A stretch of 64,000 bases of DNA from Phycisphaerales bacterium (GTDB taxonomy: Bacteria; Planctomycetota; Phycisphaerae; Phycisphaerales; UBA1924), in NCBI GenBank assembly GCA_965227775.1, contig OZ245777.1, positions 2,240,001 to 2,304,000 of the forward strand, written 5' to 3'. Under the pieces are notes generated by a model. The model was not told the DNA's origin, searched no databases, and saw only the letters and a list, made by a program, of their open reading frames with translations. The translations under genes were made by a program, and so were the position numbers. Of the stretch, positions 1 through 9,767 are shown piece after piece (the stretch's first letter is position 1; every line of letters starts with the position of its first letter).

Positions 1-1905
1 GCTACCGATCGGAATGATGGTCACGCCCTCAAGCGGTGTTGGATTGGGGAGCCACGACGGGTCGCCATACCAATCGTTGTTTTCCATGAGGACGTTGTGG
101 GGAGTGAATTTCCACTCCGGGATGCTCACACGATCGTTGAGACGATAATTCCACGATTCATCGCCTCTCCACACGTTGTCCTTGATCAGCATGTGATTCG
201 TCTGGCCGCCTAGGTAGAGCAGCTGATTGCCATCGGTTGTCTTGTTGGTCCGGCACCGAACAATGGCGACGTCTGTGTGTTCCCAGTAGTCAATCGTGCC
301 ATTGCGGAAAGCCCAGGCCTTTTGGCGAGTCGTGATATCTAGGCCAAAGTAGATCCGGTTATCGTGCTCGATTGGGTTGGCAATTACGCCGGCGTGCCAT
401 CCAAGGTGAGCAGGAGGCTCGCCCTGGTTGTCAACGACAGTATTCACCAGCATATATGCCTTATGAAACGTGTCTTCGCCGACGCGAGAGAAGTTCGAAT
501 TTCGAACAAAGTTTTCTGCTTGTCCCCAACGTACTTCTGTGACCGAGCTATCCGTCCAAAAGGAGTGCTTGGCCTTCAGCTTGTTCGAGTCAACCCACAT
601 GCCCGGTCCAGTGTAGTCGACTCCGTCAAACCACATGATGCTTCGAGTTGATCCGCGGACGTGTGCGTCGGTGCCAATCTGAATTAGGTCAACGTCCCTG
701 ATGCGAACGAATTGTGGCTGGTCACGCCACAGTCCGGGCACCAGCGTCACACTGGCCCCAGCTTCCGGTTGGATCACCAGCCAGCGATCGTCAGGGAGGT
801 CGCCTGCAACGCCGGGGAAGTCGCCCCACTCATAAATGCCCTCGGGCAACTCGACCACGACTTCGCCCGAAGTCCCGCCGGCGTTGGCGTGCAAGAACAT
901 CGAGTGCTCGCCGGTCCACTGTGGTCCGAGGTATTCGTTTTCCCAGTCCATCTCGCCGCCGAGCACTCGGGGGATGCCGACAGTGGGGTAGACGATCGCG
1001 CGAACCTCGATGGGGCGGTCACCATCGAAGAGCGATGCGTCGAGCTTCACCCAGTACTCTTCGACCTGAGTCCTTGGGTTAAGTGTCATGGTGCGAACGG
1101 TTTCCCAGTCGCCTCCATCCACGCTGAACTCAACGCGATCGATACCCCGCATGTGGAACGCGACGACGCCGATCTCAAAGACGTCGTCAAATGTTTGGTA
1201 TGGTACAACGTCCCAGCGCGCGATCGCCTTGGCATCGTGTCCGAGCATGCTCGCGTCACCGATGGCCGGAGGCTGCGAGGTCGGGCCGCGAAACCCAGTT
1301 CCGGGTTCGAGAACCGGGGTCTCAACCGGATCGCCCGATGATCCGCCCGCTTCTGGAGCATCGCCAATCGTCGTCGCGACCGCGCTCGGACCCGAGATCA
1401 ATCCAGGGATCGCCGAGCGGACAAGGCCGCCGCTCGGTCCACCCTCTGCTGGGGCGAGCGAGCCGCTCGGAAGGTCGACCACGATCCGGCCAAGCCGAGG
1501 GTGGCTGACAGTCACGCCGCCGCGGGGAGCGGTGGAAGGGCCCGAGGTGAGCTGGCGCACGATCTCGATCTGAGCGGTGCGTATCTCGCGCAGTTCCTCT
1601 TCTGTGTAGCGACGGCTGCCTGCAGCTTTAGGAATTGCCGTCGAGCGGCTGGATGTCCGCGAGACTTGGCTCGGGCCAGCGATGTGGAAGCGGGGGATCG
1701 CCTGACCTGCCGCACGCAGTGCCCGAACGTCCCGTTGGAAGGAAGCCCGGACGCGGTACTTCGGCTTGGCTTCCTCAGCGGATTCCTTCGAGGCGTCCTT
1801 GCTCTTGTCCTCTGCCTTTTCTTGGGCGGCCAAGGCACTCGCGGGCAGCGCAAAAACGGACGCAGCCAGAAGAATGGCCGAAACGGAACGGCGGCGATCG
1901 AGCAT
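1..1905 (-). CDS. Large secreted hypothetical protein (partial, runs off left edge); signal peptide, low-complexity linker, Ig-like segment and probable beta-helix-like C-terminal region
   Basis: Not in the ORF track (no stop inside the window). ATG at 1905 with GGAGG upstream; my translation begins MLDRRRSVSAILLAASVFALPASALAAQE and reads open to base 1. Confidence 0.8.
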   Translation of the reverse strand, partial: MLDRRRSVSAILLAASVFALPASALAAQEKAEDKSKDASKESAEEAKPKYRVRASFQRDVRALRAAGQAIPRFHIAGPSQVSRTSSRSTAIPKAAGSRRYTEEELREIRTAQIEIVRQLTSGPSTAPRGGVTVSHPRLGRIVVDLPSGSLAPAEGGPSGGLVRSAIPGLISGPSAVATTIGDAPEAGGSSGDPVETPVLEPGTGFRGPTSQPPAIGDASMLGHDAKAIARWDVVPYQTFDDVFEIGVVAFHMRGIDRVEFSVDGGDWETVRTMTLNPRTQVEEYWVKLDASLFDGDRPIEVRAIVYPTVGIPRVLGGEMDWENEYLGPQWTGEHSMFLHANAGGTSGEVVVELPEGIYEWGDFPGVAGDLPDDRWLVIQPEAGASVTLVPGLWRDQPQFVRIRDVDLIQIGTDAHVRGSTRSIMWFDGVDYTGPGMWVDSNKLKAKHSFWTDSSVTEVRWGQAENFVRNSNFSRVGEDTFHKAYMLVNTVVDNQGEPPAHLGWHAGVIANPIEHDNRIYFGLDITTRQKAWAFRNGTIDYWEHTDVAIVRCRTNKTTDGNQLLYLGGQTNHMLIKDNVWRGDESWNYRLNDRVSIPEWKFTPHNVLMENNDWYGDPSWLPNPTPLEGVTIIPIGS

Positions 1906-2308
1906 CGTGTCCTCCAACGCCCTACACCCGGACGCACCACCACCATCCATTCCGATCGCCCACGAGTCTCGGCTGCTTGCCCTGCTTGATCGGCTTTTCG
2001 GCCTTGCCCAAACAGAACAATGCGACGAATCTCTCCAAACCGATGGGGTGCTGCTGCCTTGTTTGGTGTAGGTTCTAAATCAGCCCTGGACGCAATGCTC
2101 GGGGTCCTGGGCGTGAACGAGCTCCGACATCCGTGCCGGCGCCGGGCGAGGGAGCGGTCTCAGCGGTGAGGCGTCCCATTCGCAAGGGGCAACAGTAACC
2201 GCAAAATGCCGAGACGAACTCGCAATTCGATCAGGTAGTTCCCTAGTTTGGTGCGTAGCCACACCCAATCGGTTGGAAGCACTCGGTCGGCTGGGGACCT
2301 AAATGCTG

Positions 2309-3415
2309 CTACAGCAGAGGGTTCTTCGACCCGTGCACGTAGTCCCGGATGGGGCTCAGATTTGGTTGCGGGTAGACGAAGACATCCGAGTACAGCTCAG
2401 CATCGACATCGGGAGCTTCGGCTGACTCTGCAAACTCGACCGCGTCCTTCACCTTGTCGCGGATCTCGCCGCGCATGTCCTTCCACGAGTCCTCGTCGAT
2501 AGCTCCACGATCGTTCATCAGGTGATCGAGTAGGGCCGCGATCGAGTCCTTGCCCTTGTACTCGTCAACCTCGTCCTTGGTCCGGTACTTCTGCGGGTCG
2601 CTCATCGAGTGGCCCTGATACCGGTAGGTCAAGAGATCAACGAACGCCGGCTCCTGTTGCTCGCGGCACCTGTCGACGACGGGTTTGAACTGGTCGTACA
2701 CGTCGCGGATGTCGAGCCCGTCGATCTGAACCGAATGGATGCCGTAGCTCTTGCCGCGTGAGATCAGGTTCTCGTGGTTGGCGGTGTGCCGACCGATTGC
2801 CGTGCCCATTGAGTAGCCGTTGTTTTCGATGATGTAGATGACGGGCAGGCCAAACAGCGACGAGAGATTGAGCGCCTCGTGGAACGCGCCCTGGTCGACT
2901 GCGCCATCACCTAAGTAGCACAGGCACACCTTCTTGGAACCCGTGCCGAGGACTTCCCATTCGTAGCGGGTGGCGAACGCGAGCCCTGCGCCCAACGGAG
3001 TCTGGGCACCAACGATTCCGTGCCCACCGTAGAGGTGGTTCGGCTTGTCGAACATGTGCATCGAGCCGCCCTTGCCCTTCGCGCATCCGTCGATCTTGCC
3101 GTACATCTCGGCCATGCAGACGCGGGGCGTCATTCCGCGAGCCAGGGCGTGGCCGTGGTCGCGGTAGGCGGTGATCACCGGGTCGTCCGGGTTGGTGCAC
3201 GCGATGGTGCCGACGGCGCAGGCTTCCTGGCCAGAATAGATGTGGCAGAAGCCACCGATCTTGGCCTGCTGGTACGCCTGCTGCGTGCGCGTCTCGAACT
3301 CGCGGATGAGCTGCATCGACCGCAGCCACCCCAGCAGCGTTTCGTTGTCCAGCGAATCGCAGAGGCGTGATCCGGCGGACGAGGCGTTGGCGCTGTTTGT
3401 GGTGGCTTGGGCCAT
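2309..3415 (-). CDS. pdhA: Pyruvate dehydrogenase E1 alpha subunit
   Basis: GFCHIYSGQEA, YRDHGH, GKGGSMH, TPP motif GDGA..N, TYRYQGHSMSDP; start trimmed to MAQATT. Confidence 0.95.
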   Translation of the reverse strand: MAQATTNSANASSAGSRLCDSLDNETLLGWLRSMQLIREFETRTQQAYQQAKIGGFCHIYSGQEACAVGTIACTNPDDPVITAYRDHGHALARGMTPRVCMAEMYGKIDGCAKGKGGSMHMFDKPNHLYGGHGIVGAQTPLGAGLAFATRYEWEVLGTGSKKVCLCYLGDGAVDQGAFHEALNLSSLFGLPVIYIIENNGYSMGTAIGRHTANHENLISRGKSYGIHSVQIDGLDIRDVYDQFKPVVDRCREQQEPAFVDLLTYRYQGHSMSDPQKYRTKDEVDEYKGKDSIAALLDHLMNDRGAIDEDSWKDMRGEIRDKVKDAVEFAESAEAPDVDAELYSDVFVYPQPNLSPIRDYVHGSKNPLL

Positions 3416-3559
3416 AGTCGTTCGAGGCTCCCCGTGGCGACGCCCGGCTGGCAGCAGCGGGGGCGTGTCAGGATTCGGATTCCGGCAGGGCGCGCGCACA
3501 GCCGGCACGCCCAAGTCTAACGCGCCGGCCACGCCAAGTCGCCCGGATTGCGGCCAGAC

Positions 3560-5893
3560 TCAGGGAGTCCTGCGATCAGCCTCGTCGGGCAGCATCGCCG
3601 CTGCGCCGGCGGTCGGACGCGTCTGGGACTGCAGCAGCACCAGCGCCGCGTTGAGTTGGAGGTCCATGGCCTCATCGATCAACCGCGAGGGGTCTGGCCG
3701 GTCCTCAATGGCCGGCGGGTTGCCGTCCTCATCGAGTACCAGCACGTCCGCCTCCTGGCGGAGGATCAGGCTGTCGGCCACCTGGTCGGGCAGCATGGAA
3801 ACCGAGAGGTCAGGCACGACGCCGTGCTCGATCTTGCCGGGCACGCGGTGGATCATCCGCCCGCCAGGCAGCACGTAGTACTGCGTGGTGAGCTTCATGA
3901 GGGCCCGGGGAGCCGACCGGCGGTTTGGATCGATCGGCAGCACGTTCTGCACGCTGCCCTTGCCGAAGCTCGTCTGCCCGAGCACGACGGCCCTTGCCGC
4001 CGACTGCTCGGCGTAATCCTGGATGGCGCCGGCGACGATCTCGCTGGCCGACGCGCTGCCCTCGTTGATCAGCACGACCACGGGGATGTTGGGCAGGAAC
4101 GAGTTGCGGCGCTGCAGACGCTCTGGCGGCATGCCGGTGCCGTCAGTCCGCTCATTACGGGTCGAGACGACCACCTGCCCGAACGCCTGGCGGCTCTTCG
4201 TGTAGTCCACGAAACGGCTGGTGATCTCGACCGCCTGGTCGAGCAGGCCGCCGCGGTTGAAACGCAGGTCCAGGATGAGGCCCTGGACGCCCTGGTCCTC
4301 CATCTCAGCCAATGCCTTGTCGAAGTCGGCCGTGGTATTCTCCGTGAAGCCCGTCAGGCGGACGTACCCGATGCCGTAGATCGGGTCGATCATCCAGTCC
4401 CAGTTGTCCTCGACGGCGTCGACGCGCTCCCAGCCCTTGACGGTCTTGAGCTCGACGGTGTCGCGAACGATCGTGAAGGTAATCTCCTCCTCGGCCTCTT
4501 CTTCGCCGCGGCGGACGGTGATGTCCACGGGCGTGCCCTTGGGGCCGGTGATCTTGTCGACGGCCTGGTTGAGCGAGATGCCGAAGGTCTTCTCACCGTT
4601 CACTGCGATGATGACGTCCTCGGCACGCACGCCGGCACGCTGCGCGGGCGTGCCATCCAAGGGCGTGACGACCTGGATTTCACGCTTCGTGTTCATCTGG
4701 ATCGAAACACCGATGCCGCTGAAGTTGCCGCGCGTGCTGCGCTCGAACTGGCGGACGTCGTAGGGCCAGATGATCTCGGTGTACTCATCGAGGGCCCGCA
4801 TGGCACCATCGCCAAACACACGGAGCACGAGCGTCTCGGGCAGACGAACGGTCTGGCGGTTCCAGGTCTGCACGGAGCGGACGACATCCTGCAGCGTCCG
4901 ATCGGTCGCCATCGGGGCACGTTCGACGTCGGCGGCGCGTGACGCGACTGCCTCGATGAACCGCGAGCGTGCCTGCTCGTCGGCGAGCTGCGGATACTGG
5001 CCGTACAGGTCCTCGGTCTCGGCGAGCAAGCGCAGGCCGTTCAAGCCCGACACGAGCAGGTCCTTCATCGCCGAGCCGGAGACATGGTGCCGGTCGGCGT
5101 TAACCATGGCGTACAAGAGCATCAGAGGCTCGATGTCCTCCAGACGCTCGTCGACGGAGTTGCCGGCTGGGTTGTAAGGGGGCAACTCCTCCTCACCCGT
5201 TTCCACGAGCCGCAGACTGCGCAGCTCGTGGTTGCGTTCGGGGGCGTACGTCGCCACGAGCGACAGACGCTTGAGCTGCCGCTTGCGATCGCTCAGGTAG
5301 GTGCCCTCGTCTTCGTAAAGCGCGTGCAGACGCTCGAACATCTCGGCCGCGGCGTACCAACGACCGTCCTTCTCGGCAAGCCGAGCTTCGGCATCGGCCG
5401 CCGATACGAGCTGCGTCACGGCCTCTTCGCGAAGCACGCCTTCCTTGTCGTCGGCCAGCATGTGCAGCGCGATCGCGGCGCTCATGCCTTCGAGCAGGGC
5501 CTCCTCGCGTTCGCGTGGCTCGGGCTCGTCTGCAAGCGTCTCGAGCGTGGTGCGCACCGTTTCGCGATGCTCTTCGACCTTCTCGTGCCGCGCCACGGTG
5601 TGCTCATCGAGCGCGATGCCCAAAGCCTCGGCCATATCGGCGAGCATCGGATCGCGCAGGTCGTCCGATGCGGTCAGCAGCAACTTCTGGAATTCGGCGC
5701 GATCGCCGCGTGAGGCAGCGTCCCATAGGCCGTCCGACCACGCGGTGATTGTCTTCGTTGGGGTTGCCTGGGCTTGCTCTGCAGCCGTGTTCTGCTGAGC
5801 AAGGGTGGTGGGCGACGCGACCGTCGCGCCAAGGGCGGCCAGCAATGCTGCCGCGGTGGTGAAGACGCGCGTGCTCGTTCCGGTCTGTCGCAT
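3560..5893 (-). CDS. S41 family carboxyl-terminal processing protease with PDZ domain and long helical N-terminal extension
   Basis: Signal peptide; PDZ (FSGIGV..GTPAQRAG); DLRFNRGG; SASASEIVAGAIQD; SFGKGSVQ. Confidence 0.92.
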   Translation of the reverse strand: MRQTGTSTRVFTTAAALLAALGATVASPTTLAQQNTAAEQAQATPTKTITAWSDGLWDAASRGDRAEFQKLLLTASDDLRDPMLADMAEALGIALDEHTVARHEKVEEHRETVRTTLETLADEPEPREREEALLEGMSAAIALHMLADDKEGVLREEAVTQLVSAADAEARLAEKDGRWYAAAEMFERLHALYEDEGTYLSDRKRQLKRLSLVATYAPERNHELRSLRLVETGEEELPPYNPAGNSVDERLEDIEPLMLLYAMVNADRHHVSGSAMKDLLVSGLNGLRLLAETEDLYGQYPQLADEQARSRFIEAVASRAADVERAPMATDRTLQDVVRSVQTWNRQTVRLPETLVLRVFGDGAMRALDEYTEIIWPYDVRQFERSTRGNFSGIGVSIQMNTKREIQVVTPLDGTPAQRAGVRAEDVIIAVNGEKTFGISLNQAVDKITGPKGTPVDITVRRGEEEAEEEITFTIVRDTVELKTVKGWERVDAVEDNWDWMIDPIYGIGYVRLTGFTENTTADFDKALAEMEDQGVQGLILDLRFNRGGLLDQAVEITSRFVDYTKSRQAFGQVVVSTRNERTDGTGMPPERLQRRNSFLPNIPVVVLINEGSASASEIVAGAIQDYAEQSAARAVVLGQTSFGKGSVQNVLPIDPNRRSAPRALMKLTTQYYVLPGGRMIHRVPGKIEHGVVPDLSVSMLPDQVADSLILRQEADVLVLDEDGNPPAIEDRPDPSRLIDEAMDLQLNAALVLLQSQTRPTAGAAAMLPDEADRRTP

Positions 5894-6102
5894 GATGCCT
5901 CCTGACGCCTTTGGCCCACGACCCCTCCAGGATCGTGCCGCAAGATCGGGCCGAAAGCCATCGCATCGGCTCGATGGACCCTCATGGCTTGCGATCTCGC
6001 CCAGCTACAAGGATCGTCGGGGATGGTTGTACCGTCACCCGTCCTGAGTTATTCGCAACCGAGCCCGCTGGCGTTCACCACCCAGGGTTAAAGATATCGG
6101 AA

Positions 6103-7434
6103 CTAGTGGAATCCCGAATTGCCGTCATCAGCTCCACCCGCATCTTGCCGCCCCGACGCGAGGGCCCACGCAACCGACCCAAATCCCAGAACCACCACGA
6201 ATGAGCCTGCGATCGCCAGTAGCAGCAGGCTCGGGCTGGCGGCAAGCGGGCCATTGGGCTGCGCGAAGCCGTAGGCCATCAGGCCCACAAGCGGACCGCC
6301 CAGGTAGCCGAGCCCAATGAACGCTTCGTGCTTGCCGCCTGCGTCGATCTCAGCGTCGCCGACTTCCATGGCATAGTACAGGGCACCGGTGTAGATCATG
6401 CCGACGCCGAATCCGAGCACGGCCAGACCGCCAAACACCAGCACCCGGGCGGGCGCGAGCGACTCGATGTTCGGGCCGATCGTGATGCCCGCGAAGCCCG
6501 CGAGGAGCAAGACGGCCGCGATGATCGGCATCGCCCACCGTCCGTGCCAGCCGTGCCACCGCGCGAGCAGGACGAACGTCGCCACCCGCGTCGCGAGCCA
6601 GATGGCCGCCGCGGGCGCACGCCAGGGGTCCTCGATCGCCACGCTCGCGATCAAGAAGGGCGAGGCTGGTTCGAGCACCGCGACCACGAGGAAGCTCGTG
6701 GGCAGTTGCACGCGAAACACCGAGAGCAGTTTCTTGTACCTGCCGGGACGGGTCGGATGGGCATCGGGCAGGCTGCGCGCGGGCTCAGCTCCCATCCAGA
6801 TCGTGAGCAAGGCGCAGACCACGTAGACCGGGAGCATCGCCGCAAGCGCCTCGAGCGGATGGGGCCTGACAAACGGCCCGAGCGCCGCGAGCGACACCAC
6901 GATGCAGCCGCCCCAGGTGATGTTGAACAGGCCCGTCGCGTGTCGCAGGTTCTGGCCGCGACGCCCGCCGCTCAGGTAGCTCTCAACGATGGGCCACGTC
7001 GCGCCGCTGAGCAGCCCCTGGGCGGCCATCATGAGCCAGATGGCCCACGCTCCCAGGCTGCCCTCTTCGGCCGAGGGCCTGGTAAGTAGCGGCAGCGCTG
7101 CAAGGAGTCCAAGCACAATGCTGATGCCTGCCAGCAGGCGGCCGCTGGTCAGCCACGTGTGCCGCGCGGCGAAGCGGCGCAACGCCGGCCCGACGCCGAG
7201 CGCCCCGGGGATGTACACCGCACCGTACAGCAGCGCGAGCAAGAAGATCTCGGTCTCGCCGTAGCCGTACGCGCTCTGTGCGAGGAATGGCACGCCCGCG
7301 GTCGCGACCGCCGTGCCCACGCTACCGGCAAAGGTAAACGACAGCACTGCCCACAGCGGGGCAGGCAGCATGGCGGGCTGCTGGGCCCGCGGGCTTTGGT
7401 CGGCCTTGCTTGCCACCACGAGTGTCCTTACCAT
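6103..7434 (-). CDS. MFS-like multi-pass membrane transporter
   Basis: About 12 hydrophobic segments in two halves; start may be 7371 (MLPAPLW). Confidence 0.7.
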   Translation of the reverse strand: MVRTLVVASKADQSPRAQQPAMLPAPLWAVLSFTFAGSVGTAVATAGVPFLAQSAYGYGETEIFLLALLYGAVYIPGALGVGPALRRFAARHTWLTSGRLLAGISIVLGLLAALPLLTRPSAEEGSLGAWAIWLMMAAQGLLSGATWPIVESYLSGGRRGQNLRHATGLFNITWGGCIVVSLAALGPFVRPHPLEALAAMLPVYVVCALLTIWMGAEPARSLPDAHPTRPGRYKKLLSVFRVQLPTSFLVVAVLEPASPFLIASVAIEDPWRAPAAAIWLATRVATFVLLARWHGWHGRWAMPIIAAVLLLAGFAGITIGPNIESLAPARVLVFGGLAVLGFGVGMIYTGALYYAMEVGDAEIDAGGKHEAFIGLGYLGGPLVGLMAYGFAQPNGPLAASPSLLLLAIAGSFVVVLGFGSVAWALASGRQDAGGADDGNSGFH

Positions 7435-7468
7435 GAGCCCGTCGGTCGACGCCGGTGTCGGCCACTTC

Positions 7469-7542
7469 GAGCCCGTAGCTCAACTGGATAGAGCGCTGGC
7501 CTCCGAAGCCAGAGGTTCCGCGTTCGAATCGCGGCGGGCTCG
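7469..7542 (+). tRNA. tRNA-Arg(CCG)
   Basis: Acceptor GAGCCCG/CGGGCTC, D-arm GCTCAACTGGATAGAGC, anticodon arm CTGGC-CT-CCG-AA-GCCAG, T-loop GTTCGAATC; no encoded CCA. Confidence 0.97.
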
Positions 7543-8274
7543 CTTCCCCTTCGATGCACCCTTCTTGCTGCTCCGCGCATTCTCACAGAAGCGTTGGCAG
7601 ATGCTGTCATTCTCGCACAGCCAGCCGCGGGCCTTGCACGCCTGCCGCCCATGGAAGATGATGCGGTGGCTCAGGTCGGCCCACTGGTCGCGCGGAAACA
7701 GGGCGATGAGATGCCGCTCGACCATTGCGACGGTCGCGTCTTCGGGCGCGAGCCCGAATCGCTTGCTCAGCCGCTCGATGTGCGTGTCAACGACGAATCC
7801 CTCGTTGATTCCATACGCGTTGCCGAGTACGACGCTGGCGGTCTTGCGCGCGACGCCGCGGAGGGTGAGCAGCTCGTCCATCGTCCTCGGAACTTCGCCG
7901 CCGAAGTCATTGACGACGCTGGTCATGGCCGTATGTATGGCCTTGGCTTTGTTCCGATATAGGCCGATCGACTTGACGTACTTCTCGATCTTCGCGGGCG
8001 TGGCGTTGGCAAAGTCCTGCGGCGTAGGGAAGGCCGCGAAGAGTGCCGGCGTCGCCTTATTCACGCCCACGTCCGTCGCCTGGGCCGACAGGATCGTTGC
8101 GATCAGCAGCTCGTGCGGGCTTGTGAAGTCCAGCTCGCAATGTGCGTCCGGGTACCGCTCGGCCAGAGCCTTGGCGATACGCCTTGCGCGGGACTTCTCG
8201 GCCTTGGTCACCTCGGGCACGCGGAAGGGCAGGTCGCGCAAGCCTCTGGGATTGCCGGGCGTGCGCACGGTCAA
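7480..8274 (-). CDS. nth: Endonuclease III
   Basis: LIATILSAQATD, HhH LRGVARKTA, VVDTH, C-terminal Cys cluster; TTG start overlaps the upstream gene's stop (TTGA). Confidence 0.92.
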   Translation of the reverse strand: MTVRTPGNPRGLRDLPFRVPEVTKAEKSRARRIAKALAERYPDAHCELDFTSPHELLIATILSAQATDVGVNKATPALFAAFPTPQDFANATPAKIEKYVKSIGLYRNKAKAIHTAMTSVVNDFGGEVPRTMDELLTLRGVARKTASVVLGNAYGINEGFVVDTHIERLSKRFGLAPEDATVAMVERHLIALFPRDQWADLSHRIIFHGRQACKARGWLCENDSICQRFCENARSSKKGASKGKRARRDSNAEPLASEASALSS

Positions 8275-8924
8275 CGGCGCAGCCCCTTGGCCAGTGCGGG
8301 TTCCTGGAGCCCGGAGGGCCTCGGTGCCGGCGTTCGATCGCCCGCGCCGCCCGTCATCACTCGCCGGGTGGTGGCCAGCGTAAAGCCAAGAGCGCCCAGC
8401 GACAGCAGCAGGCTCGCGACCATCACGTTGCTGGCGGTCTTGTGGTGCACGTCGTACGCCTGTTGCAAGGCGATTGCGTTCTCGGTGTCGCCCAAGGCAG
8501 CCGCCTGGCGGTACGCCGAAAGGTCGAGCTGCATCGCCGGATCGAGAACGGCGAAGCGATACGTCATGATGCCGACCATCGCCATGACCAGCAGGGCGCG
8601 GATGGCCGCGGTCCAGGAGCGAGGGTGCGGGTATCCGCGCCAGCACGCGAGCGCGAACGCCGCTCCGCCGATGCAGATCGCCAGGAAGCCAACCGCGTCG
8701 GCCCCGATGAACAGCCGTTCGGCGACGTATCCGCCCAGCAGACGCCAGTGCTCGCCGGCATACGCCGCGAACTCGGGCAGCGTCGGGTCGAGCCGCTTGA
8801 GCAGCGTGAACACGAAGTACGCGGTGAGCCCCGTGACCAGCAGCGCGCCCGACCAGGTCGCCCAGGCGGCGACCTGGATGGCCTCGAGGCGGTAGGGGGG
8901 AGGGCGAACACCGTCTGGCTTCAT
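8271..8924 (-). CDS. 4-TM membrane protein (DUF4149-like)
   Basis: Four hydrophobic segments; coupled to nth; TAGGCT 6 nt upstream of ATG. Confidence 0.65.
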   Translation of the reverse strand: MKPDGVRPPPYRLEAIQVAAWATWSGALLVTGLTAYFVFTLLKRLDPTLPEFAAYAGEHWRLLGGYVAERLFIGADAVGFLAICIGGAAFALACWRGYPHPRSWTAAIRALLVMAMVGIMTYRFAVLDPAMQLDLSAYRQAAALGDTENAIALQQAYDVHHKTASNVMVASLLLSLGALGFTLATTRRVMTGGAGDRTPAPRPSGLQEPALAKGLRR

Positions 8925-8981
8925 AGACAGAGCCTAGCCGTGTGGCAGCCGCGCCTGGCTGCGCCGGGCCTACAACATTGG

Positions 8982-9767
8982 GTGTTCCAGCAGGGTTCCA
9001 ACGAGATGCTCGGGCTCGGCTTGTGCGCCTGGCGCGACGGGTCGGCGCGCGAGGCGGTGGCGCTCGCCGCCGAGCTTGGCTACCGGGCCGTCCAGCTCGA
9101 CGCGACCCATCCGCAGACGCGGCCCCGCTCGCTCGACCGGTCGGCCCGACGAGACCTGGCCGCCTTGCTCCGGCGCCACCAGCTCCGCTGCACGGGGCTC
9201 GACCTGTGGCTGCCGCCCGCGCACCTTTCCGAGGGGCCGCACGTGGAGCGTGCGACCGAGGCAATCGTTGACGCCATCGGACTGGCGCGCGAGCTGGCCG
9301 GTCTCGTTGAGACTCGGGCGATCTTGAGCCTGGTGCTGCCGGCAGACGCGAACGCCGAGGCGATGGCGGTGATCGAGGCCGCCGGGCGGAAGCATGAGGT
9401 GTCCCTCGCCGACCACACGTGGCCGGCGCGCGAGGCTGGCGATGTGGGAGCCGATGTCGGGCTCGATCCATCCATGGCCATCATGGCCAACCAGAGCCCC
9501 GCGAAAGCCGTCACGCAGCTCGGCCCGCGCCTCGCGACCGCTCGCCTGCGCGACGCCGGGGTCTCGGGTCACGTCCCCGTGGATTCGGCCAGCGGCACGC
9601 TGGACGTTTCGGCCTTCGCCGCGGCGCTCTCGATCTCGGCCCCGAACATTCCGGTCGTCGCCGACGTTCGCTCGCTGCGAGACGCCAGCTCGGCGGCGGC
9701 ATCAGCGCTGCGGGCATGGGTCGATGCGAGGGCACCGTTCGCATCGCGGGAGAACGAGCCCTCATGA
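8982..9767 (+). CDS. Sugar phosphate isomerase/epimerase-like TIM-barrel protein
   Basis: AAELGYRAVQLDA, VGLDP pattern; GTG 8982 (or ATG 9006); stop overlaps next ATG. Confidence 0.7.
   Translation: MFQQGSNEMLGLGLCAWRDGSAREAVALAAELGYRAVQLDATHPQTRPRSLDRSARRDLAALLRRHQLRCTGLDLWLPPAHLSEGPHVERATEAIVDAIGLARELAGLVETRAILSLVLPADANAEAMAVIEAAGRKHEVSLADHTWPAREAGDVGADVGLDPSMAIMANQSPAKAVTQLGPRLATARLRDAGVSGHVPVDSASGTLDVSAFAAALSISAPNIPVVADVRSLRDASSAAASALRAWVDARAPFASRENEPS

Noticed and set aside
1906..2308. Riboswitch or ncRNA in the 400-bp intergenic region
   Set aside because: No recognisable consensus of known families on either strand.
7469..7542. tRNA as an island integration site
   Set aside because: No integrase and no duplicated tRNA 3' end noticed; flanks are core-type genes.
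8275..9471. N-terminal 400 aa of the 663-aa ORF containing nth
   Set aside because: Arg/Pro/Ala-rich off-frame sequence overlapping two better genes; nth homology begins near 8274.
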